Assembly (NCBI GenBank): GCA_026004535.1
Contig: BPJI01000001.1
Coordinates: 324,523-388,522 of the forward strand
DNA length: 64,000 nt
Direction: 5' to 3'
From: Candidatus Parcubacteria bacterium
Lineage (GTDB): Bacteria > Patescibacteriota > Minisyncoccia > UBA6257 > HR35
The notes below the pieces were generated by a model that made no database searches, was not told the DNA's origin, and saw only the letters and a list, made by a program, of their open reading frames with translations. Shown piece by piece: positions 38,570 to 47,984 of this stretch; the first letter of the stretch is position 1, and each line of letters starts with the position of its first letter. Position numbers and translations under genes: made by a program.

Positions 38570-38800
38570 GCACACACGCCTACGAGCACCGGCACTCAAC
38601 TTGCTCCAGCGGCAAGTTGGTGCCTCGGTTCTCGGCTCGAAAACTTTGCCATCTGCTAAAGCAGACTGGCAAAGACCGAGCTTTTCGAGCCTCCGAAACG
38701 TGCTCTACGGCGTGGTGCTCGGCAAAATTTTTCGCCGAACTCGCTCGCCAACAAACATGGCATGGCGTGGTGCGAGGTAATATCGGGACATACGATGTCA
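38570..38800. ncRNA. GC-rich (about 58%) highly structured island; candidate unidentified structured RNA
   Basis: Nested perfect helices GGCACTCAACTTGC/GCAAGTTGGTGCC and GGCTCGAAAA…TTTGCCA…CTGCTAAAGCAG…TGGCAAA…TTTTCGAGCC. Three mutually overlapping ORFs on both strands argue against coding. Adjacent to tRNA-Glu. Confidence 0.3.
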
Positions 38801-38906
38801 CGATATTTTTTCTTAATATTTAGACACGCACGTCTTAAATTATACAATAAAACTCACAATTCGTTAACTCGTTAATTAATTAAATTCGTTAATTAATTAA
38901 ATTATA

Positions 38907-39527
38907 TTATAAATAAATTTTTCTGATTTCTTTGATTAAAAAATTTTTTATTGTACTTAAATCAACTCTTTTTGAAGGCATAAAATCTATAGGTTCTTCT
39001 TCTATTTCTGAAAAATCAAGGAGTTCTTTAAAAATAAAGTTAATATCAACATCAGAAATTTTTTTATTAAATAAATTAACAATTTGTTTTAATTTTACTT
39101 TTTTTAAACCATAATAAAGATCAACATAATCTTTAAACTCAATTCTTTCAGTAACTACCAAAAGTTTCATACAGAGAATATCTTCTAAACTAGCAATGTT
39201 TAAAAATTTTGTTTTAATTAATGGTTTAATTAAAGGGTACTTGTAAAATAAAAAATTAACATTAACTTCATTATCGAAAACCAAAAATAAAGAACTTTTA
39301 TCAGATAATGATTTAATAACTTTATGGTTTTTAGCTAAAGATAATATCTTTTCAAATAAATTTCTTTCATCAAATTTTTTTTCAGAAAAAAAATCAAAAT
39401 CATAGCTTTTTCGATGGCCTAAAATTAAAGAAAGTCCGGTACCGCCAGCTAGATAAAAATCTTTCTTTAAAAAAGAAAATAAAGGCAATAATTTCTTCCT
39501 TTTTTTATCTAAAACTTTTTCAAACAT
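38907..39527 (-). CDS. Pol-beta-superfamily nucleotidyltransferase (AbiEii/MNT-like)
   Basis: …FYLAGGTGLSLILGHRKSYDFDFF… fits hG[GS]-x(9-13)-DhD. Confidence 0.55.
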   Translation of the reverse strand: MFEKVLDKKRKKLLPLFSFLKKDFYLAGGTGLSLILGHRKSYDFDFFSEKKFDERNLFEKILSLAKNHKVIKSLSDKSSLFLVFDNEVNVNFLFYKYPLIKPLIKTKFLNIASLEDILCMKLLVVTERIEFKDYVDLYYGLKKVKLKQIVNLFNKKISDVDINFIFKELLDFSEIEEEPIDFMPSKRVDLSTIKNFLIKEIRKIYL

Positions 39528-39813
39528 TAAAAATGACCTTCCAAAATTGATAAGACTTCCTCTGCCAATTTTTAAAATTATTATTTTTTAAAAAATTTTT
39601 AATTTCTTTTTTTGGGTAAACTGAAAAAAGCCAGTCAGTTGCTTTTTTAGTGCCGAAATTTAAAATATTAAAAATTATCTTTTCTTTATTTTTATTTAAA
39701 TCAAGTTTGTTTAAATTATAGTACCAAAGGAATGGTTTTAAAAAATCTGGAAATTTTTGTTTTCTCATTATATAATGATTATACAATGAAATTAAAAATA
39801 TTTTTCTTTTCAA
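39520..39813 (-). CDS. hypothetical small protein overlapping the nucleotidyltransferase by 8 nt (possible cognate partner)
   Basis: 97-aa ORF; the true start may be the internal Met near 39768. No motif recognised. Confidence 0.35.
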   Translation of the reverse strand: MKRKIFLISLYNHYIMRKQKFPDFLKPFLWYYNLNKLDLNKNKEKIIFNILNFGTKKATDWLFSVYPKKEIKNFLKNNNFKNWQRKSYQFWKVIFNV

Positions 39814-40919
39814 TAAGTTTGATTCTTTTTTTAGGATTAGTTAAATTTTTTGTTTCCTTGCCGAGAACATATGTGTTTAGTTATCAAAATTTAGGATCAA
39901 AACTAAGTATAGGATTTTCAAAATCTAATTTAGTTCAACCGAAAATTTGCGAAAAAAGAGTTTGGGAAATAAATTTATCCAAGAATCAAATCTATTTTTT
40001 TGAAAATTGTAAATTAAAAACAATAATTTCTATTGCTTATCAATCGCCCTCTGGAGTATGGTATCAAACGCCAACTGGTTATTTTCGAGTTGGGATTAAA
40101 AAAGAAAAACATATTTCTTCTTTGTTACCTGTCTATATGAATTATGCTGTTCAAATGTATGAGGATTTTTTTATTCATGAAATTCCTTATTATTTAGATG
40201 GTCAAAGAGTTGATAGTGATTTTACTGGTGGCTGTATCAGGCTAGAGTCAGAACAGGCTAAAAAATTTTTCGAGATGGCTCGAGCTGGCGATTTAATTAT
40301 TTCTTATTTAGATCTGGATAATATTAAAGTTAAAGATAATTTTGTTTTTCCTGTTAATAAAAATGAGTTTTATTTAAGACAAAGATTTAATAGTCCTTTA
40401 AGAACTGCTTGGTATTCTTTAAAAGATAGAAGAATTGATTATATTCAGCATGCTGGGATTGATTTAGCACCCAATCCCGAAGCTAAAGATTTAAATGTTT
40501 ATAATATTTATGATGGTAAAATTGTTAAAATAGTTAAAAATGGGGAAAATGATCATGGTTTAGGCAATACTGTGATTATTGAACACCCTGATTTAAAAAT
40601 TTATTCTCTTTATGCTCATCTTGAATCAATAAATTCCGAGTTAAAAGAAGATAAGTATGTTCAAAAAGGAAAAATAATTGGTAAAGTTGGGGCAACTGCT
40701 TATGGCTGCAATTGGTGGCACATTGGCGAAGACGGTTGTGATAAAAAAGGGAAATTAGATATTCATCTACATTTTGAGATTAAAACAAAACCTGTTTTAG
40801 AGAGCCCAATTGGAGCAAGGTGTTTAATTAATGGCGAATATAAAACTTGTTATGGTTATGTTCCTGATAATCCAGAAAAATTTGGTTATTTAGACCCAAT
40901 TAAGTTTTTGAGTGAATAA
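39786..40919 (+). CDS. L,D-transpeptidase (YkuD) / M23 peptidase fusion protein, exported
   Basis: N-terminal TM. …DFTGGCIRLESEQAKKFF… (LDT catalytic Cys). …HAGIDLAPN…GNTVIIEHPD…YSLYAHL…DIHLHFEI (M23 HxxxD / HxH). Confidence 0.7.
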   Translation: MKLKIFFFSISLILFLGLVKFFVSLPRTYVFSYQNLGSKLSIGFSKSNLVQPKICEKRVWEINLSKNQIYFFENCKLKTIISIAYQSPSGVWYQTPTGYFRVGIKKEKHISSLLPVYMNYAVQMYEDFFIHEIPYYLDGQRVDSDFTGGCIRLESEQAKKFFEMARAGDLIISYLDLDNIKVKDNFVFPVNKNEFYLRQRFNSPLRTAWYSLKDRRIDYIQHAGIDLAPNPEAKDLNVYNIYDGKIVKIVKNGENDHGLGNTVIIEHPDLKIYSLYAHLESINSELKEDKYVQKGKIIGKVGATAYGCNWWHIGEDGCDKKGKLDIHLHFEIKTKPVLESPIGARCLINGEYKTCYGYVPDNPEKFGYLDPIKFLSE

Positions 40920-40985
40920 ATTGTGTTATAATTTAGACTATGAAGCTATGAAGCTGCGAAGCTTTGAAGCTGAAAAGCTTAATAT

Positions 40986-41058
40986 GCCCCCGTAGCTCAA
41001 TGGGTAGAGCAGGGGCCTCTTAAGCCCAAGGTTGCAGGTTCGACTCCTGCCGGGGGCA
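40986..41058 (+). tRNA. tRNA-Lys (anticodon CTT)
   Basis: GCCCCCGTAGCTCAATGGGTAGAGCAGGGGCCTCTTAAGCCCAAGGTTGCAGGTTCGACTCCTGCCGGGGGCA. Confidence 0.8.
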
Positions 41059-41124
41059 AATTGTCAGGGATTAGGGATTAGGAAGTTAGGGATCAGTTAT
41101 CAGGGATTAGGAAAAAAGAAGAAG

Positions 41125-41556
41125 ATGTATAAAATAGATGCTAAAAAATCTTTATTTGTTTTGATTAAAAATAGTTTGGGGACAAAATTATTTAAGTCAG
41201 TTTATTTTTTTATTGATAAAAAATCTGTGGATATTTATAAAAAAGGGAAATTAAGCTGCGCTTTTTATGTAAGTACAATTTTAAAGATTATTGGTTTAGT
41301 CAAAGATATTCATGCTACGGTTCAGGGATTGATTAGAGATTTAGAGGAGTCAGGCTGGTATAAAATTGATAAACTTAAAAAAGGTGCTATAATTATTTGG
41401 GATAAAGAAAAAAGCGGACATTTACATGTTGGTTTTTACTTAGGCAATAATAAGGCAGCCAGTAATTCATCTTCTAAAAGAATGCCAATTGTTCATTCGC
41501 TGCATTACCAAGGCAGAAAGATTTTAGCTGTTTATTTTCATAATTCATTAGAATAA
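41125..41556 (+). CDS. hypothetical protein with a Cys…His pair suggestive of a papain-like/CHAP-type fold
   Basis: Start moved to MYKID downstream of the tRNA. …KLSCAFYVS… and …SGHLHVGFY…. Weak call. Confidence 0.4.
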   Translation: MYKIDAKKSLFVLIKNSLGTKLFKSVYFFIDKKSVDIYKKGKLSCAFYVSTILKIIGLVKDIHATVQGLIRDLEESGWYKIDKLKKGAIIIWDKEKSGHLHVGFYLGNNKAASNSSSKRMPIVHSLHYQGRKILAVYFHNSLE

Positions 41557-41558
41557 AA

Positions 41559-43319
41559 ATGCCAAAATATATTTTTGTTTGCGGAGGGGTAATGTCAGGA
41601 GTAGGTAAGGGAATCGCTACTGCTTCGATTGCTAAAATTCTATCTTGGCATGGTTATAAAGTAACCTGTCTTAAGATTGATCCTTATGTCAATGTTGATG
41701 CTGGAACGATGAATCCTTTAGAACATGGTGAAGTTTTTGTTTTGAAAGATGGGACTGAATGTGATCAAGATATGGGACATTATGAAAGATTTTTAAATCA
41801 AGAATTGACAAAAGTAAATTATATGACAACCGGAAGTATTTACTTATCATTAATTCAAAAAGAAAGAAGTTTGTTTTTTGATGGAAAGTGTGTTGAAGTT
41901 GTGCCTCATGTTCCCTTAGAAGTTATTGGCAAAATTAATCAAGCGCAAAAATTGACTCAGGCTGAAATTGTGATTACTGAAATTGGTGGTACAGTAGGTG
42001 AATATCAAAATTTACTCTTTCTAGAAGCAGTAAGAATTTTAAAACTTAAAAATCCAAAAGATGTTCTTTTGGTGTTAGTAAGTTATTTGCCTTATCAAGG
42101 AGAAGGAATGGAACTTAAAACAAAACCAACTCAATATTCTATTCGTACACTTAATTCTGCTGGTCTTCAGCCTGATTTTGTTTTAGCCAGAGCTCAATTT
42201 CCTTTAGATGAAAAAAGAAAAGAAAAAATTTCTTTTAATTGCGGAGTACTAAAAGAAAATATAATTTCTGCTCCTGACGAGCATGTTGTTTATAAAATTC
42301 CTTTGAATTTTGAAAAAGAAAAATTGGGCATAAAAATTTTAAATAATTTTGGTTTGAAGCCTAAAAAAGCTCCACCAGATAGTGATTATAAAAAATGGAA
42401 AAATCAAATTGAAAATATTAATCAATTGAAAAAACAAGTAAATATTGGTATTGTAGGTAAATATTTTAAGACTGGAGATTTTGTTTTAGCTGATGCTTAT
42501 ATTTCAGTTATTGAAGCAATTAAACATGCAAGTTGGTTTTTGGGTTATCGGCCAAAAATTGTTTGGTTAAATTCAGAAGAATATGAAAAAGATAAAATAA
42601 AATTAGAGGAATTGAAAAATTATGATGGTATTATTATTCCTGGTGGTTTTGGCTCTCGAGGTATTGAAGGAAAAATTTTAGCGATTAAATATTGTCGGGA
42701 AAATAAAATTCCTTTGTTTGGTTTATGTTATGGTCTTCAACTTATGATTGTTGAATTTGCTAGGAACGTCTGTGGTTTAAAGAATGCTCAGACAACCGAG
42801 GTAAATCCTAGAACAAAATATCCGGTTATTGATATTTTGAAAGAACAAAAGAAATTATTAGAAGAAAAACTTTATGGAGGAACAATGAGATTAGGAGATT
42901 GGGAATGTGAAATAAAAAGAGGTACGATTGCTTGGAGAGCTTATGTAGAACTACGCAGAACTGACACAGAACTTAGCAGAACTGATACAGAACTAGGCAG
43001 AAGATATCAAAAAAATATTTCTGTTAGTTCTGCATTGAGTCAGTTTGTTCCACGCGTCTTAAAAGTTGTAGAAAGACATAGACATCGTTATGAAGTTAAT
43101 CCTAAATATCATAAAATTTTACAAAAGAAAGGTTTTGTTTTTTCGGGTACATCGCAAAAGGATTTATTAGTTGAAATCGGGGAATTGCCACAAAACATTC
43201 ATCCTTTCTTTTTGGGAACCCAATTTCATCCAGAATTGAAATCAAGATTTTTACATCCTCATCCATTATTTGTTGAGTTTATTAAACAGAGTATAATTAG
43301 TAAAAATGAGTATTTATGA
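41559..43319 (+). CDS. pyrG: CTP synthase
   Basis: MPKYIFVCGGVMSGVGKGIATASIAKIL…, GATase …GLCYGLQLM…. In-frame 21-nt x2 repeat insertion at about 42937-43010. Confidence 0.9.
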   Translation: MPKYIFVCGGVMSGVGKGIATASIAKILSWHGYKVTCLKIDPYVNVDAGTMNPLEHGEVFVLKDGTECDQDMGHYERFLNQELTKVNYMTTGSIYLSLIQKERSLFFDGKCVEVVPHVPLEVIGKINQAQKLTQAEIVITEIGGTVGEYQNLLFLEAVRILKLKNPKDVLLVLVSYLPYQGEGMELKTKPTQYSIRTLNSAGLQPDFVLARAQFPLDEKRKEKISFNCGVLKENIISAPDEHVVYKIPLNFEKEKLGIKILNNFGLKPKKAPPDSDYKKWKNQIENINQLKKQVNIGIVGKYFKTGDFVLADAYISVIEAIKHASWFLGYRPKIVWLNSEEYEKDKIKLEELKNYDGIIIPGGFGSRGIEGKILAIKYCRENKIPLFGLCYGLQLMIVEFARNVCGLKNAQTTEVNPRTKYPVIDILKEQKKLLEEKLYGGTMRLGDWECEIKRGTIAWRAYVELRRTDTELSRTDTELGRRYQKNISVSSALSQFVPRVLKVVERHRHRYEVNPKYHKILQKKGFVFSGTSQKDLLVEIGELPQNIHPFFLGTQFHPELKSRFLHPHPLFVEFIKQSIISKNEYL

Positions 43320-43439
43320 AAGAGATTATTATAAAGAAAGAGATAAAAAAATTGAAAAGAAAAGTAAATCTAATTATTTTGTTTGGGCCTTAATTATTAT
43401 TCTAATTTTAAGTATAATATTGAGTTCGTTAAGATTTTA

Positions 43440-44006
43440 ATGGCTGGGATAAAAAACGATGAGTGGATAAAATATATGGCGAGAAAGCATAAAATGATTG
43501 ATCCTTTTGTTGAAAAGCTGGTTAGTAAAGGAAAGGTTTCTTATGGCCTGTCGAGTTATGGTTATGATATGAGAGTTGCTGACGAGTTTTATATTTTTCA
43601 CAATGCCTATCCAACTGAAATTATTGATCCTAAAAATGCTAAAGAAAATTATTTTATCAAACATAAAGGAAAATTTTGTATCATTCCTCCGAATTCTTTT
43701 GCTTTAGCTCGCTCTTTAGAATATTTTCGCATTCCCAGGAATGTCTTAGCCCTTGTTTTAGGTAAATCAACTTATGCTCGTTGCGGAATTATTGTTAATG
43801 TTACACCTGGAGAACCGATGTGGGAAGGTTATTTCACGATAGAAATTTCCAACACAACACCATTGCCAGCAAAAATTTATGCTAATGAAGGAATTGCTCA
43901 AGTTATCTTTTTAGAAGCTGATGAACCTTGTAAAATTTCTTATGCTGATCGTAAGGGCAAATATCAAGGACAAAAAGGAATTGTTTTGCCAAAAATTGAT
44001 AAATGA
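43440..44006 (+). CDS. dcd: dCTP deaminase
   Basis: …[17 protein letters not shown]…; start placed at MAGIKNDEW. Confidence 0.75.
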   Translation: MAGIKNDEWIKYMARKHKMIDPFVEKLVSKGKVSYGLSSYGYDMRVADEFYIFHNAYPTEIIDPKNAKENYFIKHKGKFCIIPPNSFALARSLEYFRIPRNVLALVLGKSTYARCGIIVNVTPGEPMWEGYFTIEISNTTPLPAKIYANEGIAQVIFLEADEPCKISYADRKGKYQGQKGIVLPKIDK

Positions 44007-44419
44007 TTATTGAAAAATTAAATCAAAATCAATTTTTATTAAGAATTGAACCAAATGAAGAATTATTTAGTTCTTTATTAAATTTTGCTAAAAAATATAA
44101 AATCAAGTCAGGATTTTTTTATGGAATTGGTGCAAGTAAAAAGTGTTCAATTGAAAGATATAATGAAAAGAAAAAAGATTATGATTGTTTTGAAGTCAAA
44201 AAGCAAATGGAAATCGGAGGTTTGATTGGTAATTTAACTTTAAAAGAAAATCATCTCTATTTACATATTCATGCAACTTTAGGTGATAAAAATCTAAAAG
44301 CAATTTCAGGCCATTTGAAAGAACTTATAGTTTTTCCAACTTGTGAAATAATGTTTTTTGCTTTTAAACAAAGTATTAAAAGAGAATTTAATGAACTTAC
44401 GAATTTATTTTTGATATAA
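44003..44419 (+). CDS. PPC-domain (DUF296) protein
   Basis: …[17 protein letters not shown]…[22 protein letters not shown]…. Confidence 0.5.
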   Translation: MIIEKLNQNQFLLRIEPNEELFSSLLNFAKKYKIKSGFFYGIGASKKCSIERYNEKKKDYDCFEVKKQMEIGGLIGNLTLKENHLYLHIHATLGDKNLKAISGHLKELIVFPTCEIMFFAFKQSIKREFNELTNLFLI

Positions 44420-44430
44420 TAATTTAATTT

Positions 44431-44865
44431 ATGTTTAGGGCAATTGACGAAAAGATAATTAAATTTTTAAAGAAGGTTTGGCAGCCACTTGCACGTGTTT
44501 CTATTTTTATTGTTTTCTTTTATTTTGGTTTTTTGAAAGTTTTAGGTTTTAGCCCAGCAACACCTTTAGTTGAAGCTTTATTTCAAGAAACTTTAAATTT
44601 CTTTCCTTTTAGCTATTTTATTATTTTCTTTGGTTTATTTGAAATGCTTATTGGTTTAACTTTTATTATTCCTCGTTTAGAAAGATTAGCAATTTTTTTA
44701 TTAATACTTCATATGATAACAACCTTTTTACCTTTAATTTTACTCCCTCAAATAACTTGGCAAAAATTTTTAGTTCCAACTTTAGAGGGTCAATATATTA
44801 TTAAAAATTTAGTTATAATTTCTTTGGCTTTTGTTATTGGCGCTCATTTAAGAAAATTTGAATGA
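44431..44865 (+). CDS. hypothetical small membrane protein (4 TM)
   Basis: Hydrophobicity pattern only. Confidence 0.45.
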   Translation: MFRAIDEKIIKFLKKVWQPLARVSIFIVFFYFGFLKVLGFSPATPLVEALFQETLNFFPFSYFIIFFGLFEMLIGLTFIIPRLERLAIFLLILHMITTFLPLILLPQITWQKFLVPTLEGQYIIKNLVIISLAFVIGAHLRKFE

Positions 44866-45744
44866 ATGTATTTATTAGGAGATGTAGGAGGTACAAAAAC
44901 AAGATTGGCAATTATTGATAAAATCTATATAAATTCAAAGCAAGTTTATAGACATCTTAAACAAAATACAAAAATTTTTAACACTCCTCAAAAATATGAA
45001 GATTTTTTAGAATTAATTAAAAATTATATTCTGCGTAGTTCAGCGTCAGTTCTGCGTAGTTCTGCATTAAAAATTTGTTTTGGATTTGCTGGTCTTTTCG
45101 ATCAAAAGAAAGAAAAATTAATTTACTCTCCAAATTTAAAAGATTATGTTGGCAGAAATTTAAAAAAAGATTTAGAAAAGATTTTACATCCGCGTTTATC
45201 CGTGGTACTCGAGAATGATGCTGCTTTAGCTGGTTTAGGAGAAGCATATTATGGAGCAGGAAAGAATTTTAATGTTTTTGGTTATATTACTTTAAGCACA
45301 GGAGTTGGAGGAGCTAAAATTGTTAATAAAAAAATTGATGATAATGTTTTTGGTTTTGAGCCAGGACATTTATTTATTTTAATTCAAAGTAAGACATACG
45401 ATGTCTTACCATTTGAAGTTGAAGAGATTGTTGGTGGTAAAAGTTTAGAAAGAATTTTTAATAAAAAACCGGAAGAAATAAAAGATAAAAAATTATGGGA
45501 TGATCTGAGTAAAATTTTAGCAATATTTTTAGTGAATGTTTCAATTTTTTGGTCTGTTGATAAAATTATTTTAGGTGGTGGATTAACGAAAAGTTTAAAT
45601 TTTAAAAAATTAAATTTTTATATTAATGAATTTAATCCCTTACCAGTTAAAATTAAAGTGATAAAATCAAAATTAGAAGAATTTTCAGGATTATACGGAG
45701 GATTGAGTTATTTAAGAAATACGGGGCATAGCGCAATTGGTTAG
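44866..45744 (+). CDS. ROK-family sugar kinase (glucokinase-like)
   Basis: MYLLGDVGGTKTRLAII…, …LENDAALAGLGEAYYGAG…. In-frame CGCAGAACT-type and palindromic repeat insertions. The last 8 codons run into a tRNA-derived repeat. Confidence 0.65.
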   Translation: MYLLGDVGGTKTRLAIIDKIYINSKQVYRHLKQNTKIFNTPQKYEDFLELIKNYILRSSASVLRSSALKICFGFAGLFDQKKEKLIYSPNLKDYVGRNLKKDLEKILHPRLSVVLENDAALAGLGEAYYGAGKNFNVFGYITLSTGVGGAKIVNKKIDDNVFGFEPGHLFILIQSKTYDVLPFEVEEIVGGKSLERIFNKKPEEIKDKKLWDDLSKILAIFLVNVSIFWSVDKIILGGGLTKSLNFKKLNFYINEFNPLPVKIKVIKSKLEEFSGLYGGLSYLRNTGHSAIG

Positions 45745-45768
45745 CGCACTGGCTTCGGGTGCCAGAGG
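45723..45768. repeat. partial duplicate (5' acceptor, D and anticodon arms) of tRNA-Pro directly upstream of the intact gene
   Basis: GGGGCATAGCGCAATTGGTTAGCGCACTGGCTTCGGGTGCCAGAGGT has no T-arm or 3' acceptor. Confidence 0.45.
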
Positions 45769-45774
45769 TATTTT

Positions 45775-45846
45775 CGGGATGTAGCGCAGTGGTAGCGCAC
45801 CAGTTTCGGGTACTGGAGGTCGCGGGTTCAAATCCCGCCATCCCGA
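45775..45846 (+). tRNA. tRNA-Pro (anticodon CGG)
   Basis: CGGGATGTAGCGCAGTGGTAGCGCACCAGTTTCGGGTACTGGAGGTCGCGGGTTCAAATCCCGCCATCCCGA. Confidence 0.8.
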
Positions 45847-46021
45847 AATAAACAATAATTAAAACGAAAAATAGGGATGCAATTATTTGCAGCCCTCCTT
45901 TGAACCCAGCAGACAATTAGTAAGAAGCATTAACGAAAACGCAAAAACAAAGTTAAAACAAGGGGTTTATATATTAGCTTTTTCGAGATCCCTGTCTACT
46001 TGCAGTCAGTCACTATCTCAA

Positions 46022-46585
46022 ATGAAAAAACTTATTATTTTTGAGGGGATAGATGGGAGTGGAAAGACGACTCAGGCAAGGTATTTTGCTAAAAAATTAA
46101 AAGCAGTTTATTTATTTGAACCAAAATTTTTTCGTCAGCAAATTTTTTCTTCAATTCAGCCTCTGACAGAGCTTTTTCTTTTTTTAGCTGATCGAAGCGA
46201 AGTTTATGGGCAAATAAAAAATTTTTTATTAAAGAAAAATGTGATTCTAGATCGTTCCTTTCCATCAACTTTAGCCTATCAATTAGAGGGAAGAAATTTA
46301 AAAAAATTAATTTCAATCAATGATTATTTAAAAATTGATTTACTGGCTAGACAGAGCATTCAGCCAGATATAGTAATTATTTTTGATTTGCCAGTAAAGG
46401 TTGCTTTATCAAGACTGAAAAAGAAAACTAAATTTGAAAAATTAAAATTTTTAGAAAAAGTAAGAAAAGCTTATTTAAAATTAGCTAAAAAGTTCGACTG
46501 GTATGTTATTGATGCTAATCAAAGCAGAGAAGAAATTAAATCTCAAATTTTTTTAATTTTACAAACAGAGGGTCTTTTAAAATAA
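46022..46585 (+). CDS. tmk: thymidylate kinase
   Basis: MKKLIIFEGIDGSGKTTQARYFAKKL (P-loop); start moved to this Met. Confidence 0.8.
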   Translation: MKKLIIFEGIDGSGKTTQARYFAKKLKAVYLFEPKFFRQQIFSSIQPLTELFLFLADRSEVYGQIKNFLLKKNVILDRSFPSTLAYQLEGRNLKKLISINDYLKIDLLARQSIQPDIVIIFDLPVKVALSRLKKKTKFEKLKFLEKVRKAYLKLAKKFDWYVIDANQSREEIKSQIFLILQTEGLLK

Positions 46586-47975
46586 ACAGGAAGAGAAAAT
46601 AAAACAAAGCGCCAATAATTACTTTCAAAATTAAATGAACTGGCAAAATATAAATTAAAATCATCATTAAGATCGTGCTTAAGAGATAATTAGAAATTTT
46701 TACTTCTTTTAAAGAAATTGGTGCATATTTTTTTAAAATCAAATAAGCAAAAATTAAAGAAAGAAGAGAAGAAATTGAGGTAATAGCACTAGAAGCAAAA
46801 TAAGAAAATTGAGGCACAAAGATTAAATTTAAAATAAAGTTTAAAACTAAAACAACAAAATCATAAATCAACAATTCTTTTCTTTTGTCTAAAGCAATTA
46901 AAGCATCAACTAAAATTAAAAGAAGGAAATTAAAAGGAATGGCAAAACTAACTAATTGAAGACCAGGATAAGCATCTATATATTTTGAGCCAAAAATAAA
47001 AGCAATTATATCTTTAGCTAAAACGAGAAGACCTCCCAAAATTGGTAAAGAAATAAATAAAGCTAATTGAAAACCAAAAGCAATTGTTTGTTGAAATTCT
47101 TGACTATTTTTTTTAGATAAAATTGGAAAGACAGCCATTGCCAAAGCAGCAGGAAAGAAATATAAAAATTCAATTAATTTCACAACTGAAGAATATAAAC
47201 CAACATCTTTAGCCGGATGAAACCAGCCAACAATTAAACTATCTAAATAAGTAATAATTAAAAATAAAAAATTAGCAATACCAATCGGCCAGCTTTTGTT
47301 TAAAAGATCAAAAACAATTTTTGTTTGAAAAAATTTTAAATAATTAAAAACAATTTCTTTTTTAAGTAAAAAGAAAGTAAAAATAAAACCAATAAAAGAT
47401 GCTAAAAAATAAGCTTGAGCTAAAGAGTAGGGAAGAGGGTTAAGTTTTAAAAGCAAAATTCCAAAAAAGAGAAGAAGAAAATTGGTAAGTAAATGGGAAA
47501 AGGCCTGAAGCTCCATTTTTTCTTTAGCCCTAAATAATGAATAAAGAAATTCTCTTAACGTATCAAAAATAAGAAAAATGCTTAGAATAGAAATTAGAGT
47601 TTGTGCCAAAGGGTCTTTGATAAAGAAAGATTTAGATAAATTAATAATTATTAAAGAAAGAAAAAGTAAAATAAAAACAACTAAAAAAGCATTAGCTAAA
47701 ATTTCTTTCTTTTTTCCTTGATTTTTAATGATTTCTCTAATTAAAACAGCGGTTAGACCAAAATCAGGAATAAAGGAAAAAATTAAAATAAAATTCATTG
47801 CTAAGGAAAAACTTCCTTGAAGTGATGGTCCTAAAATGCGAAAAGCATAAATAATCAAAATTGCTCTTAATAAACTACCACCAAATCTTGCTAAAGCAAT
47901 CCAAAATGAATTTTTAACAATTCTTTGTTCTTCGGAAAAATTTCTTAACAAGTATTGAAAAATTTTTTTAATCAT
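46536..47975 (-). CDS. MOP-superfamily polysaccharide/lipid-linked oligosaccharide flippase (Wzx/MurJ-like)
   Basis: 479 aa, about 12-14 TM helices, N-terminal …IVKNSFWIALARFGGSLLRAIL…. Confidence 0.65.
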   Translation of the reverse strand: MIKKIFQYLLRNFSEEQRIVKNSFWIALARFGGSLLRAILIIYAFRILGPSLQGSFSLAMNFILIFSFIPDFGLTAVLIREIIKNQGKKKEILANAFLVVFILLFLSLIIINLSKSFFIKDPLAQTLISILSIFLIFDTLREFLYSLFRAKEKMELQAFSHLLTNFLLLFFGILLLKLNPLPYSLAQAYFLASFIGFIFTFFLLKKEIVFNYLKFFQTKIVFDLLNKSWPIGIANFLFLIITYLDSLIVGWFHPAKDVGLYSSVVKLIEFLYFFPAALAMAVFPILSKKNSQEFQQTIAFGFQLALFISLPILGGLLVLAKDIIAFIFGSKYIDAYPGLQLVSFAIPFNFLLLILVDALIALDKRKELLIYDFVVLVLNFILNLIFVPQFSYFASSAITSISSLLSLIFAYLILKKYAPISLKEVKISNYLLSTILMMILIYILPVHLILKVIIGALFYFLFLFILKDPLFVKLKKFEI

Positions 47976-47984
47976 TTATAATTT

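Noticed and set aside
38580-38847. ORFs 38580..38801(-), 38617..38823(+) and 38656..38847(-)
   Set aside because: These are three mutually overlapping ORFs in a GC-rich palindromic island. That is typical of spurious ORFs in structured non-coding DNA.
41032-41124. The first 31 codons of ORF 41032..41556
   Set aside because: They overlap tRNA-Lys (40986-41058) and GGGATTAGG repeats. The start was moved to MYKID at 41125.
45887-46021. The N-terminal 45 codons of ORF 45887..46585 (tmk)
   Set aside because: The thymidylate kinase P-loop sits right at Met46 (MKKLIIFEGIDGSGKT), and the upstream part lies directly after tRNA-Pro.
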